Assembly: GCF_963853765.1 (NCBI RefSeq) | Contig: NC_088861.1 | Location: 26,350,001 to 26,414,000, forward strand | DNA from: Magallana gigas | Lineage: Eukaryota | Reading direction: 5' to 3' | DNA length: 64,000 nucleotides | Shown: positions 1 to 11,077 of the stretch, in pieces | Position numbering within the stretch: the first letter of the stretch is position 1 | How the letters are laid out: the number at the start of each line of letters is the position of its first letter | Translations under genes and position numbers: made by a program | The notes under the pieces: model-generated | Told to the model about the DNA's origin: nothing | The model's input: the letters and a program-made list of their open reading frames with translations, nothing else | Databases searched by the model: none

Positions 1-67
1 AATCCAATGTTTACTCAACGAGAAAGTATACAGACATGATCAGATTCTACAAGCCATCCGGAGATCA

Positions 68-910
68 GTGAAAGGAGAAGCAGCCAACATCCTCATGAGA
101 CTCGGACCAGGAGCAACAATAGATAGCATCATTCAGAAAATGAACTCCATCTACGATACTATTGACAGTTGTCAAAGAATACTTGGACAATTCTATAGTG
201 CTCAACAAGAGGGAAATGAAAGTGTTTCTGACTGGGGATGTAGACTTGAACAAATCATAAATAAAGCTGTGATGCATGGTGAAGTTCGACATTCTCAAGT
301 TGACAATATGTTACGTCATGCATTCTGGGATGGACTTCGATCTGACTTGAAGGATATATCTGGATACATCCATGATAAAATTCTGTCATTTGATGAACTT
401 AGATCAGAACTAAGAGCAATTGAACAGGACCATGAGAGAAGAAAAGTAAACAAAGGAAAGAAAACTGGACCAACCGTTATGAGTGTTACTCACGAAGAAG
501 ATGAAGCTTCCGGTATGGATGACATCAAAGGGATGCTACTCAAATTAACAGCTGATGTGCAACAACTGAAAGATGATCGTCTACAGCAACCTCAGACTCC
601 ATATCATAGAAACTTCTTCCCTAGAAACAATGGAGCACGCTTTCAACATCCAGTTGTACCTCGTCCACAAGTACCCATACAACAACAACAGTTTGGACAA
701 CAACAACAGAGTTCATTCAGAGGTCAACAAGTAAATTACTTCCAAGCAAGACAACAAAGACCTGGACAAAGTTCAATGGGACCTAATGGACTACCTATAT
801 GTTATAGATGTGGACAGGAAGGACACGTTCAGTATGGATGTCGAGTGAGAACAGACCATGTCAGCAGACCGTTAAACTACAGAGGACTAGCATCGAGAGG
901 CAGACGCTAG
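68..910 (+). CDS. gag: Gypsy Gag (C-terminal part, CCHC zinc knuckle)
   Basis: CYRCGQEGHVQYGC = CX2CX4HX4C knuckle, Q-rich linker and a PNMA/Gag-like capsid region (FYSAQQEGNESVSDWGCRLE). The frame may continue upstream of 68. Confidence 0.9.
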   Translation: MKGEAANILMRLGPGATIDSIIQKMNSIYDTIDSCQRILGQFYSAQQEGNESVSDWGCRLEQIINKAVMHGEVRHSQVDNMLRHAFWDGLRSDLKDISGYIHDKILSFDELRSELRAIEQDHERRKVNKGKKTGPTVMSVTHEEDEASGMDDIKGMLLKLTADVQQLKDDRLQQPQTPYHRNFFPRNNGARFQHPVVPRPQVPIQQQQFGQQQQSSFRGQQVNYFQARQQRPGQSSMGPNGLPICYRCGQEGHVQYGCRVRTDHVSRPLNYRGLASRGRR

Positions 911-1851
911 GCCATGGTCAACCAATACAGAGCCTCACTGAATTACAACAACAAATACCAGGACTGATGGGAGAACAGAATATTATACACGTTAACATCA
1001 ATGGTGTAGATACCGCAGCTTTACTTGACACTGGAGCTACAGTGTGTACCATCAACACTGACTTTTACAATTCTTATCTACAAGATGTTCCACTTCATTC
1101 GTTGGACGATATTATTAAAATCAAATGTGCAGACGGAGAGAACATGCCATACTTAGGATATATCAAAGTAACTGTCAGCACTGAAGATATTAGTTCACCA
1201 AATACGAATGACTGTCTTATGTTAGTTGTACCGACAACTGATTACAGTAAGAAAGTTCCAGCTTTAATTGGTACAAACTTTATTAAGAATATCATGAACT
1301 GTGTGAAACAACAAAATGGCGAAAGATTTCTGCAAAATACCCAAATGAAAACACCATGGTACTTAGCATTTAGATGTGTCGCTCTACGAGAGAAAGAACT
1401 TAACCGCAATAGAAACATTCTAGGCATTGTTAAATCAGCAGAGACTTGTAGTATAATCATACCACCAAACAAGGAAGTGACAATATCTGGATTCATAGAT
1501 AGACAGATACCATACCAACCTGTTTGTGCAGTACTTCAGAAAACTAGTGGATCTGTTATACCAGATGACCTTGACATTTCTCCATCCTTAGTGTCATACA
1601 GATACAAAGACAACTATGAAGTAGAAGTCAACATCAGTAACATCACTACAAGAACTGTCAAGATACCGCCTAAAGCGTTGTTGTGTGAGCTACATCCTGT
1701 ACTTATTGAAGATGTTCAACCACAAACTACCTCAATAGATTCGGAAAATCAAGATGAATTTAGTGAAAATTTCATCAACCAATCTGACACAAAATCAACA
1801 GCAATATGGATACAGAATATTGGAACAAAACAAAGACATTTTCTCGACTAG
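871..1851 (+). CDS. Gypsy aspartic protease plus spacer domain, in the -1 frame relative to gag
   Basis: ORF 808..1851 contains ALLDTGATVC (retropepsin D-T-G) and LIGTNFI. It overlaps the gag end at the G TTA AAC heptamer. Confidence 0.88.
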   Translation, partial: VKLQRTSIERQTLGHGQPIQSLTELQQQIPGLMGEQNIIHVNINGVDTAALLDTGATVCTINTDFYNSYLQDVPLHSLDDIIKIKCADGENMPYLGYIKVTVSTEDISSPNTNDCLMLVVPTTDYSKKVPALIGTNFIKNIMNCVKQQNGERFLQNTQMKTPWYLAFRCVALREKELNRNRNILGIVKSAETCSIIIPPNKEVTISGFIDRQIPYQPVCAVLQKTSGSVIPDDLDISPSLVSYRYKDNYEVEVNISNITTRTVKIPPKALLCELHPVLIEDVQPQTTSIDSENQDEFSENFINQSDTKSTAIWIQNIGTKQRHFLD

Positions 1852-4800
1852 TGATACAGACATTGGTCACAGTAACAGAGTACAACACAAGATAAACATG
1901 AATGATGAAGTTCCTTTCAAGCAAAGACACAGGAGAATTCCGCCATCAATGTTCCAAGAAGTTCGAGACCATCTACAGCAATTATTAACAGCAGGAATCA
2001 TAAGAAGATCAGAATCACCATGGACTAGTAACGTCGCACTGTGTAGAAAGAAAAACGGTGATCTGCGCATGTGTGTCGATTATAGACAGTTAAACGCAAG
2101 AACAATTAAAGATGCATATGCACTTCCTAGAATAGAAGAAATATTAGACTCTCTTGGTGGAAACTCATACTTTTCTGTCCTCGATATGAAGAGCGGATAT
2201 CATCAAGTTGAATTGTTTGAAGATCATAAACAGAGAACAGCATTCACAGTAGGACCTTTGGGATTTTTCGAGTATAATCGCATGCCATTTGGTTTAGCTA
2301 ACGCCCCCGCAACGTATCAACGACTCATGGAAAACTGTCTAGGAGATCTAAATCTGAACATTTGTTTCATCTACCTTGATGATCTTATAGTATTTTCAAA
2401 AACTTTTGAAGAACACGTTAAAAGACTGCAAAGCATATTCCAATGTATCAGAGAGAACAATTTAAAACTTTCACCTAAAAAATGTCAATTTTTCATGGAT
2501 AAAGTGAAATACGTAGGTCACGTAGTTTCTAAAAATGGAATCGAACCAGATCCAGACAAGATTGAAAAAGTTGTGAATTGGCCTAGACCAACCAAACCAG
2601 ATGAAGTAAGACAGTTTGTTGGATTCGTTGGTTATTATCGACGTTTCATCAAAGACTTCACAAAGATTGCGAAACCATTAAATCAGTTGATGCCACCCAC
2701 TTCACAGAAGCGCCGAAAGAATTCCAAAGCACCGCCATCTTGGGAATGGGGAGGAGATCAAGAGAAATCATTTCAACAACTCAAAAGACATTTATCATCA
2801 CCACCAATATTAGGATTTCCAAATTACAATGAACCATTTGAACTTCATACAGACGCCTCTTTGTTAGGACTTGGCGCAGTTCTCTATCAGCTACAAGACA
2901 ACACAAAGAGAGTAATAGCTTATGCAAGTCGAGGTTTAAGCAAATCTGAAAAACGCTACCCTGTACATAAACTGGAATTTCTAGCCTTAAAATGGAGCAT
3001 TTGTGAAAAATTCAAAGACTATCTCTACGGACAAACCTTTAAAGTTTATACAGACAATAATCCTCTAACTTATGTTCTATCAACAGCACATCTTGATGCA
3101 ACAAGTCAACGATGGATAGCAAATTTAGCATCATTTAACTTCGATATTATTTATCGACCAGGAAAATCTAACAACGATGCAGATAGCTTAAGCCGTTTAC
3201 CTGGACTGATAAACCAAAACCATGAGAAAACTTGCAACATCTCAAGAGAAGCAATCCAATCCATTTGCAATGCCATTAATGTGTCGCCTTACGCAGAATG
3301 TCTTGCCATAGATTGTGAATCCATAAAAGAAGATTTGATTCAGCCAGAAATTGATGAAGAAATAGACATCACTACCGCCCAATACAATGATCCAATTTTG
3401 AAATTTTGGTTTCCATACATTAGGAGCAAAGTCAAACCATTCAGAAAAGAGATGCCAACATCTCCAGAACATATGACAATGTACAGAAATTTTGAGAAGC
3501 TGAAAATCATCAATGAAATCATATACAGAGAAACTCTTGTCCAGAAAAAGAAGAAGTATCAACTACTATTACCATCATCGTACATACCAACAATTCTGAA
3601 ATCACTACATGATGATATGGGTCACCCTGGGAGAGATAAAACAACATCATTGATACAAGACCGATTCTTCTGGCATAGAATGACAGTTGACATAGAGGAA
3701 TACATTAAAAAATGTCAAAGATGTATATTGAGAAAATCACCTGAAAATCACAAAGCACCTCTTGTAAACATCGAAACTTGTCAACCTTTGGAACTTTTGT
3801 GCTTAGATTTTCTTACCCTAGAAACATCTAAAGGAGGTTACGAAAATGTACTTGTCATCACCGACCATTTTACCAGATATGCACAAGCCATTCCAACAAG
3901 AAATCAAACCGCAAAAACAACAGCTGATGTTTTATTTAATAACTTTATCATCCATTATGGAATACCAAAGAAAATCCACACCGACCAAGGAGCAAATTTT
4001 GAAAGTAACCTTATCAAAGAACTATGTGAAATTACTGGTGTGATGAAATCAAGAACTACACCTTATCACCCAATGGGAAATGGACTCTGTGAAAGATTCA
4101 ATCGTACTTTAATCAAGATGTTAGGAACTCTACACCCAGAACAGAAGAAAGACTGGAAGAAACATATTGGTCCGATAGTCCACTGTTATAACTGTATGAA
4201 ACAATCTTCAACAGGACAGACCCCATTCTATCTTATGTTCGGCAGAGAACCCCGACTACCTATTGACTTAGCTTTTAAAACAAATCCATATGAAGATAAA
4301 CAGACAATGACTCATTACATAGAGAAACTTAAAGAAAGACTTGAAACATCCTACAATTTGGCACAACAGAATGTAAAACAATCTCAGGAAAAACAGAAAG
4401 ATTTTTATGATAGAAAAGTAAGAGGGGCAACATTCAAAGCAGGAGATAGAATTCTCGTCAAGATAGTGTCTTTCACTGGAAAACACAAAATTGCCGACAA
4501 ATGGGAGAGTGAACCGTACCTAGTACTTTCACAACCAAATCCTGATATTCCTGTTTATAGAGTCCAGCGAGAAGACAAATCAGGAAAAGTACGAACTTTG
4601 CATAGGAATTTATTACTTCCTTTGAATTTTATACCACCAGAAAGAATCAACATATTACCAAAGCCAGTACCAAGAAAGAGGAAATTGAAAAACAAATCAG
4701 AAGAGCCAACTCCAACTGAGCCTGTTAAATCAGACACAGACAGTGATGAAGACATGGACTTCCCACATGACGTCATACATGTTCCTCACACTGCTGCTGA

Positions 4801-5224
4801 GAAGATCTTGGGAGAAGATGTTGGTGACATGGATGCAGGTGATATTTTGGAACCTGTCCATGAACCACATATCGCAGAAGAGGACTTCTTACATGATGCA
4901 GATGCAGATGCAGATGCTGAAGAAGATGAAGAACAACAGCCGGCTGATCGAAACGCTATCCAGCATTTGGATACTAATGATGAGGAGGAAGATGCAGAAT
5001 CCCAGGAACTTGAAGATTCACCAGAACCTCAAGTCCGTAGATCATCAAGAGTTAGAAGAAAACCAACATGGATGAAGACAGGACAATTTCTGGTAAATCA
5101 ACACGTAGCAGAAACAAGTTGGAGAGACAAAGCTGAATTCCTTCTGAAAGTAACTAAAGAACCAGCTTTGAAAGACCATCGTGATAAACTATTGGATGGA
5201 CTTTTAAAAGTTATTGTGAAATAG
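1754..5224 (+). CDS. pol: Gypsy Pol: reverse transcriptase, RNase H, integrase
   Basis: RT (LRMCVDYRQLN, YLDDLIVFS), RNase H (LHTDAS, KLEFLALKW, TDNNPL), integrase HHCC (H..GHPG...CQRC), D-D-E (LDFL, HTDQG, LCERFNRT), GPY/F-like WESEPY and an acidic tail. No internal stop over 1156 aa. Confidence 0.95.
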   Translation: MNLVKISSTNLTQNQQQYGYRILEQNKDIFSTSDTDIGHSNRVQHKINMNDEVPFKQRHRRIPPSMFQEVRDHLQQLLTAGIIRRSESPWTSNVALCRKKNGDLRMCVDYRQLNARTIKDAYALPRIEEILDSLGGNSYFSVLDMKSGYHQVELFEDHKQRTAFTVGPLGFFEYNRMPFGLANAPATYQRLMENCLGDLNLNICFIYLDDLIVFSKTFEEHVKRLQSIFQCIRENNLKLSPKKCQFFMDKVKYVGHVVSKNGIEPDPDKIEKVVNWPRPTKPDEVRQFVGFVGYYRRFIKDFTKIAKPLNQLMPPTSQKRRKNSKAPPSWEWGGDQEKSFQQLKRHLSSPPILGFPNYNEPFELHTDASLLGLGAVLYQLQDNTKRVIAYASRGLSKSEKRYPVHKLEFLALKWSICEKFKDYLYGQTFKVYTDNNPLTYVLSTAHLDATSQRWIANLASFNFDIIYRPGKSNNDADSLSRLPGLINQNHEKTCNISREAIQSICNAINVSPYAECLAIDCESIKEDLIQPEIDEEIDITTAQYNDPILKFWFPYIRSKVKPFRKEMPTSPEHMTMYRNFEKLKIINEIIYRETLVQKKKKYQLLLPSSYIPTILKSLHDDMGHPGRDKTTSLIQDRFFWHRMTVDIEEYIKKCQRCILRKSPENHKAPLVNIETCQPLELLCLDFLTLETSKGGYENVLVITDHFTRYAQAIPTRNQTAKTTADVLFNNFIIHYGIPKKIHTDQGANFESNLIKELCEITGVMKSRTTPYHPMGNGLCERFNRTLIKMLGTLHPEQKKDWKKHIGPIVHCYNCMKQSSTGQTPFYLMFGREPRLPIDLAFKTNPYEDKQTMTHYIEKLKERLETSYNLAQQNVKQSQEKQKDFYDRKVRGATFKAGDRILVKIVSFTGKHKIADKWESEPYLVLSQPNPDIPVYRVQREDKSGKVRTLHRNLLLPLNFIPPERINILPKPVPRKRKLKNKSEEPTPTEPVKSDTDSDEDMDFPHDVIHVPHTAAEKILGEDVGDMDAGDILEPVHEPHIAEEDFLHDADADADAEEDEEQQPADRNAIQHLDTNDEEEDAESQELEDSPEPQVRRSSRVRRKPTWMKTGQFLVNQHVAETSWRDKAEFLLKVTKEPALKDHRDKLLDGLLKVIVK

Positions 5225-5285
5225 ACTTTCATATTCTTTTAAACCAGCAAAATGATGGGACATCATTTTCAAGCAGGGGGGAGAG

Positions 5286-6477
5286 TGTAATAGGGTGCAT
5301 TTTATGATAATTACATTCATGCATATTATTCATATTTCATCTTCAACATCATCATCATCATCCTATATTCCATATTTTACATGTACATATTTAGAAACAG
5401 ACTACTATCCCTATAACTCCCTGTCTTTTATGCATCTATCAAGTAATCATTATTTAATTACATATTCTAGTGGCTTCTGATATTTTATAGCCCTAAGTCA
5501 TTTCACCTGTATGGTCACTTACATACATGTGGACAAGATCAGGTGGTTTACTTAGCCAATAGTATGTTTTTATGATTTTTTCCCGCTTTAACTGAGTAGC
5601 CTTTGTGACAGACCAAGGCTAGGATTCTTATGAGTAAGACCTGATTTCTTTAAGAGACGATTTACCTTATTTATTTATTTCATCAACACATTTGAAGCAG
5701 TCAGTTATAGTAAGTGTTTTTATTTTTTGGTATTCTTGAACTTTAATATATAATTTAATAGATGATAATGATATTTTCTATTAATTGGTACATTTGGCTA
5801 ATTCTACTTGTTTGAGGTTATAATACCTTATTTATGAAAGAATGTATTTTATAAATTATTCCAGTAATTCATAGTTCTGATATCTAAGCTATAGTATCGC
5901 ATTTCTAATATATGTGAAAGGTTAGTTATTGTTACCATTATGATATTTAATACTTGTAGTTAGAGACTAGCTACCATTGTCAGAGTAATCTGCAGGATTG
6001 TGCATGAAACCTTGTTCCATAAACAGGTGATCGTTGCAAAGTTATATTTTTATATTTATTTTATGTATCTTGATAAAATGTAATCTACAAAGGAGTTACA
6101 TTGAAAGTATATGTTTTTATTTAATTAAATATTGATATTGATAAAGATGTAGAGCATATTTCTATATTTTTGTAAATTGTGTTCAAGGGCAGTAACTCTT
6201 CTTGACACTGAATTTATGATGCATTTTAATCAGAGTTATCCTTCTTTACAAATAGTTTGATTAGTGAACTCTGAGCATTAATGTATTTCACGAATATGTA
6301 TTTGAATATGATTGTATATTTTTATGCTGAAACTTATGTAAACATTGATCCTTTTATGCTGATATCTATGAATTATATTACAGGGTTTAAATCCTTTAAT
6401 CCTATCCATGTATCCGAATAAAATGAAGAACCCTTAAAGTGGACTTGTTTGTTTCTTTGGGACAACCCACTATCACA
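5286..6477 (+). repeat. 3' LTR (about 1.19 kb) of the Gypsy element
   Basis: Begins TGTAATAG right after the PPT AGGGGGGAGAG. Ends CTATCACA (7/8 inverted match to the start). AATAAA at 6417-6422. The 5' LTR is not in the window to confirm the boundary. Confidence 0.75.
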
Positions 6478-6559
6478 GTAACAAAATTGGAATTTATTAA
6501 TAAGTAAATTGGGACAATTTGGTTTATTTTTGAAATGGGGGTCCGTTTCTTAGACACAA

Positions 6560-6900
6560 ACCAGGGAGATTGAGCTCTCTTTTGGCCTATCTGTCCCTCT
6601 GTCAGTGGATTCAGCAGGGTTCTTCAGTTAGTAGACCAAATGCTGTCTGATCATTATCTTTAATGTAAGAATGGAAATACATCATAATGTTATGATATCC
6701 TATTGAAAGTAAATGACTTCTATTGATTTTGAGGTCACAATATGAAGGGTCAAATTATTGTCCAGTGCCCTTTGCTTGACAAACATCAAACCTGATACAC
6801 TGGCACTCACTTAGCAGTTGATGACCTAATAAATACATGTATTGATTTTGAGAGATTACAAAAAATCAAGGGTCAACTACTGGTACTCTGGAAATAAAAA
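6560..6900. repeat. Helentron/HINE-like repeat fragment in the transposase intron
   Basis: CTGTCC-type microrepeat and two ATTGATTTTGAG...AAGGGTCAA subrepeats, resembling the other HINE-type elements in this window. Confidence 0.4.
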
Positions 6901-6982
6901 GATGCTGTATATGTAACATGTTTGTAAAACATTTCTTATTTGAAATATTTAAACCTAAATAACATTTTGTTTATATTTACAG

Positions 6983-9629
6983 GATATTGACAGATTGGCT
7001 AAACTTGGATTGTGCACGACTTCAAAGTCCATTTCTAAGAAACTTTCATCATGGGAAGCGTTTCTAGATTCAGAAATACTTGATATCAAGAAGAATTGGA
7101 GTGAAGGCGGAGAATTGAAATACCAATTGATAGGTGATAATTGGGACAAGAATATTATCCCCACATACCGCACCTCCCAAAGCAAAACCATTTCATTACA
7201 TCTCTTCAATGTGATAGCGGTTGTAGATAGGGTGATTCCAAGCACTTCATTGGAGGCAGATGAGGTGGCCCAGATGTCTGCAGTCAACTTTATTCCATCT
7301 TTAGATGATCAGGCTTTGCTCTTGCAAGAATTGACATTCCTAATGGCCACATCAGTAATTCAAAACTTGGACCAAATGCATGACATCTTTGAGCATATCT
7401 ATCCAAAGCATTTGAAACATAGATACAGTGACTTTTCTGGCATTAAAACAAAGCAGGTGTGTCTTAAAATCTTTACCATTTTTATTTGCTTACTTGAACA
7501 GAAAGCTTAATCAAATTTAAATCACATGTGACTGTCACTAATATTCTGTTTACAAACTTGTCAGATTTTTATTTGTTTCTACAACTACTGTGTCAACTTT
7601 AATAATTCTATTTTGGCACAAATATTCTTGATTTGGGTTTCAAGTTTATTGCAGACACCATGCCCTATTACATGAACATGAATTTTAAGTAGCGATTGCA
7701 AATTAGCGAAAATATGGTGGGGTCATACAAATTTACATACTATTTACTTTTAGATCTTGAAAAGCTTATAGTTTCCCTCTTGTCCAGTTCTCATTTTATT
7801 TTTATGAAGATATATCATAAGGTTTCTTATATTGCAGTACTCCATAGGATTGTTCGACTGCAACGAGAATAAGACTCAAGATGTTATCCAGTTATTGAAA
7901 GGCTTGACCGAGAAATATGTTCCCATGAAAGATGGAGAAATAGCAGAGGAAGTGTTTTTTGGAGGTTCAACTTTTTAGCAATTTTTTTTTATATATAATA
8001 ATATACAACATCAATTAGTTTATATCTGATTCATGTACATGTGCCACTATGTATACCCAATAAATAATCCACAGATGTAATTGTGTAATTGATTATTTTA
8101 ATGCATATTCTCATTCTTTTAGGAGATAGATTAACTGATGAGCGCATTCAAGGCGCACAGAATGCCATGTCAAATGCTGGGTCTGTAAAAGAAAGTCTCA
8201 AAGGATTCATTTCCAAAATAGAAGACTGGCACAGAATGATGAACTTTTTAGAGGTAACATATAATACATGGACTACAATTCTAATTTTTGGTGTTAATTA
8301 CATCTATGNNNNNNNNNNNNNNNNNNNNNNNNNNNNNNNNNNNNNNNNNNNNNNNNNNNNNNNNNNNNNNNNNNNNNNNNNNNNNNNNNNNNNNNNNNNN
8401 NNNNNNNNNNNNNNNNNNNNNNNNNNNNNNNNNNNNNNNNNNNNNNNNNNNNNNNGCTAACCTATAGTACAGCATCACAAACAGACAGAGGAACATTGTA
8501 TTATTTTCGGAATTTATTGAATGCTAGGAACGTGAAACATGATGTGAAAAACTCATTCCGAGCATATAAAATGCTTTACTATTCAGTATTTGATGCCATA
8601 TGCTGCACCATGTTTTTGAAAGAATTTGGCAAGAGTGAATTTGATTCACAAATTGATTTACCAGAAGGGTTTCAAGATGAAAGTGACGACAAGAAAATAA
8701 CGTGGATGAACGACTTGTGCCAAACGATAGTGAAAAAATGGTTTTTTGACAACAAAGATGACATATTTGAAGAGTTAAGAGCGATTTTGGAAGACCCTAA
8801 TCACCCTGAGAACTATTGGTTAGATACTGATGAAGATGGTCATTTCAAATGTCACTTTTGTGACAAATCGTATGCATCTGTGGGAAGCTTGAAAGCGCAT
8901 GAGACTATCAAACACCAGCATGTTGTGCCCACCAAAAAAAAAAAGTCTTCACCAGCACCATGTAAAGATACAGATGAATTATTTAACTACATTGTATTAG
9001 TGTTTAAACTTACAGCTTTACTAAAGAATCTTGATACAGCAATTGACATGGGAGATGGAGCAAGATCTGTGCGATCAGCTAAATATGAAATGCCGATATT
9101 TAATAAAACAAACAAACTGAAATATGTTATTGGATGTGTACAATTGGTCGACATGAGTGAAAATCCCCATACTCTTACCAGTCAACAGAGGGAGCGCTTT
9201 ATTGCCAACCGAACAATTAACCTGCAGGGAGGAAAAAACAACAATATCGCTTTGGACGAATATATTGAAATGATCAATCGTGACAGTAAGAACATTGTTT
9301 CAGGCCATCAAACCAAAGAGAACATTATTGAACGTTCCAAGCAATTTCCACATTTAATCAACTACGTTAAAAACTTCGATGTGATTTCTGAAATAAAAGG
9401 CCGAAAAGGGTTCCACAAACTTCCAAATTATAAAGTGGATGTTTCAAAGATAGCAAAAGAACTCTTGGAAATTAGTTGTTTAGAATATCAGCCAAAGAGA
9501 CAATTGCATTGTCGAGACCTTTCTGTGGACAAGGACCCGTACTCTAATTCGATCAAAGGATTGCCAATCATGATTCACAGACACAAACCGTCAACTCCAT
9601 TTAGTCGTTTGCGCAATAGAAAGTACTAA
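6983..9629 (+). CDS. Academ-type DDE transposase (DUF6589-like), multi-exon, 5' exon(s) missing
   Basis: GT-AG exons 6983-7456, 7838-7964, 8123-8253 and (gap)8457-9629 join in frame. Motifs IGDNWD, FGGDRLTDER, IEDWHRMMNFL, DRGTLYYFRN, NIALDEYIEMINR. An N-gap (8309-8455) hides one junction. Confidence 0.85.
8309..8455. other. Assembly gap (147 N)
   Basis: Run of N. Confidence 1.
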
Positions 9630-10264
9630 CTGCTTCCTTTTTAGGACAAATGCAACATTCCTTGATAATATATCAATTTTCTAATCTGTGATTTAATGTC
9701 CTTTCATCTGCACTTGCAAACAGTAATTGATTTATATTTCGAGACCAGATTTCAAGTTGGAATAAATTTTTGAACTTCTTCATAAACATGGGCTCAAACT
9801 TTACTTGAATATATAACGGTATTCTTTAAATATTAATTACAGGAATGGAAATGCATTCAATAATATTTCATTCTATATGCTCGGATATTTGTTTATATTT
9901 ATTTTAATGTTTAAATACCATTCAAACGTATACAGTAAAGCATAATCAAAACAAAGCTATTTTCATTCCTATATTGCAAACTTGACATATAGAAGAAAAC
10001 AAGCAAAATTGTCCAACCTTGGCACTTCATTGTAAATGTGTTTGTGAATGGAACAGTTCTTATCAGTCCTATTAAAATCAAACCTTTTATAATGTTGAAT
10101 TAATGAGAAAATAAACAGATATGTTCTTTATTCATTAACAGTAAAAACTTTTCAATCAGACTATTTAAGTTACTGTTCTTTCAAAGGAATTTTAAAGAGG
10201 TCCATATTATAAAAAAAAACCTGATAGATTCCTGTATCTTGTATTATCAGTTTCATTTAAAGTC

Positions 10265-10955
10265 TTTTTTTGGGAGTGGATTTTAATCAGCTCTCCTATG
10301 CAGTTACTCTGGCAAACCGGAAGTGAAACAGTGTTTCCACTTAAGCACAAATCATAACCGCTGGCAAGACTTAGTACTTTAAAATAATTGATAAAATTAG
10401 TTAAATACCTTGAAAATAGTCAGATTTTAAAAGGTACGAACAATTCAGGTAATTTTGTAGCAGTATGATTCAGAATAGAAGACTATATTGAACTCTGGCA
10501 TAGGAATTATTCCTACGCCAGAGTTCATTTTAGTCTCGTTCAACCAGACGCTCGGCTCACTGCTTGTCGGAGATTTGTCCGTAAATCTCTGACAAGCAGA
10601 GAGACTCTCTGCTTGTCGGATATTTATGGAGACAGCCGAGCGTCTGGTTAAACAAGACAAGAGTTTATTATTGCTAGGATCCTTAAATAATCAAGAATTA
10701 TTTCAATTACTGATACATGAGTACATAGCTTGATAAAATTAATTTTATCTACACGTATGAACACACACAACATGATTCCAATGGGGTATTTTTGTTGGAA
10801 AAACCCTGAAATTCATACCGGTATTAGAAAAATATGTGCGTAATTCTAATGGTGCCAAGAAACTACTTGCCATTCGAAATTACATATCATTGATTTTAAA
10901 TCAAATAGTAATCCATAAAATCAACTCCCATCCGTACTTACGTACTTTGATTTTT
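10265..10955 (+). mobile_element. Helentron-associated non-autonomous element (HINE/DINE-like), copy A
   Basis: 5' subTIR GGGAGTGGATTTT with adjacent partial inverted repeat; 3' subTIR AAAATCAACTCCC (10917-10929) plus short hairpin; T-rich flanks. Homologous to 55082-55950 and 57289-57800. Confidence 0.7.
10531..10660. mobile_element. Academ-type MITE (TAGTCTCG termini) nested in HINE copy A
   Basis: TIR TAGTCTCGTTCAACCAGACGCTCGGCT / AGCCGAGCGTCTGGTTAAACAAGACAA with a degenerate 10-bp TSD (GAGTTCATTT / GAGTTTATTA). Confidence 0.65.
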
Positions 10956-11077
10956 TACTGTCACTGTAAACAATGTTCAATTAATTTGGAGTTGTAAGAA
11001 AGAAATGAACATTAAAAATTGTAATTCTTTAATCAATAAATAAGATTTTAAAAACAGCTGCTGTCTTATAAACATTT

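Larger units (their letters stand above)
1..6477 (+). mobile_element. Ty3/Gypsy LTR retrotransposon (5' part outside window), including 3' LTR
   Basis: gag-pro-pol ORFs in Gypsy order (PR-RT-RH-IN); polypurine tract 5275-5285 followed by TGTAATAG; LTR end CTATCACA at 6470-6477. Confidence 0.95.
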
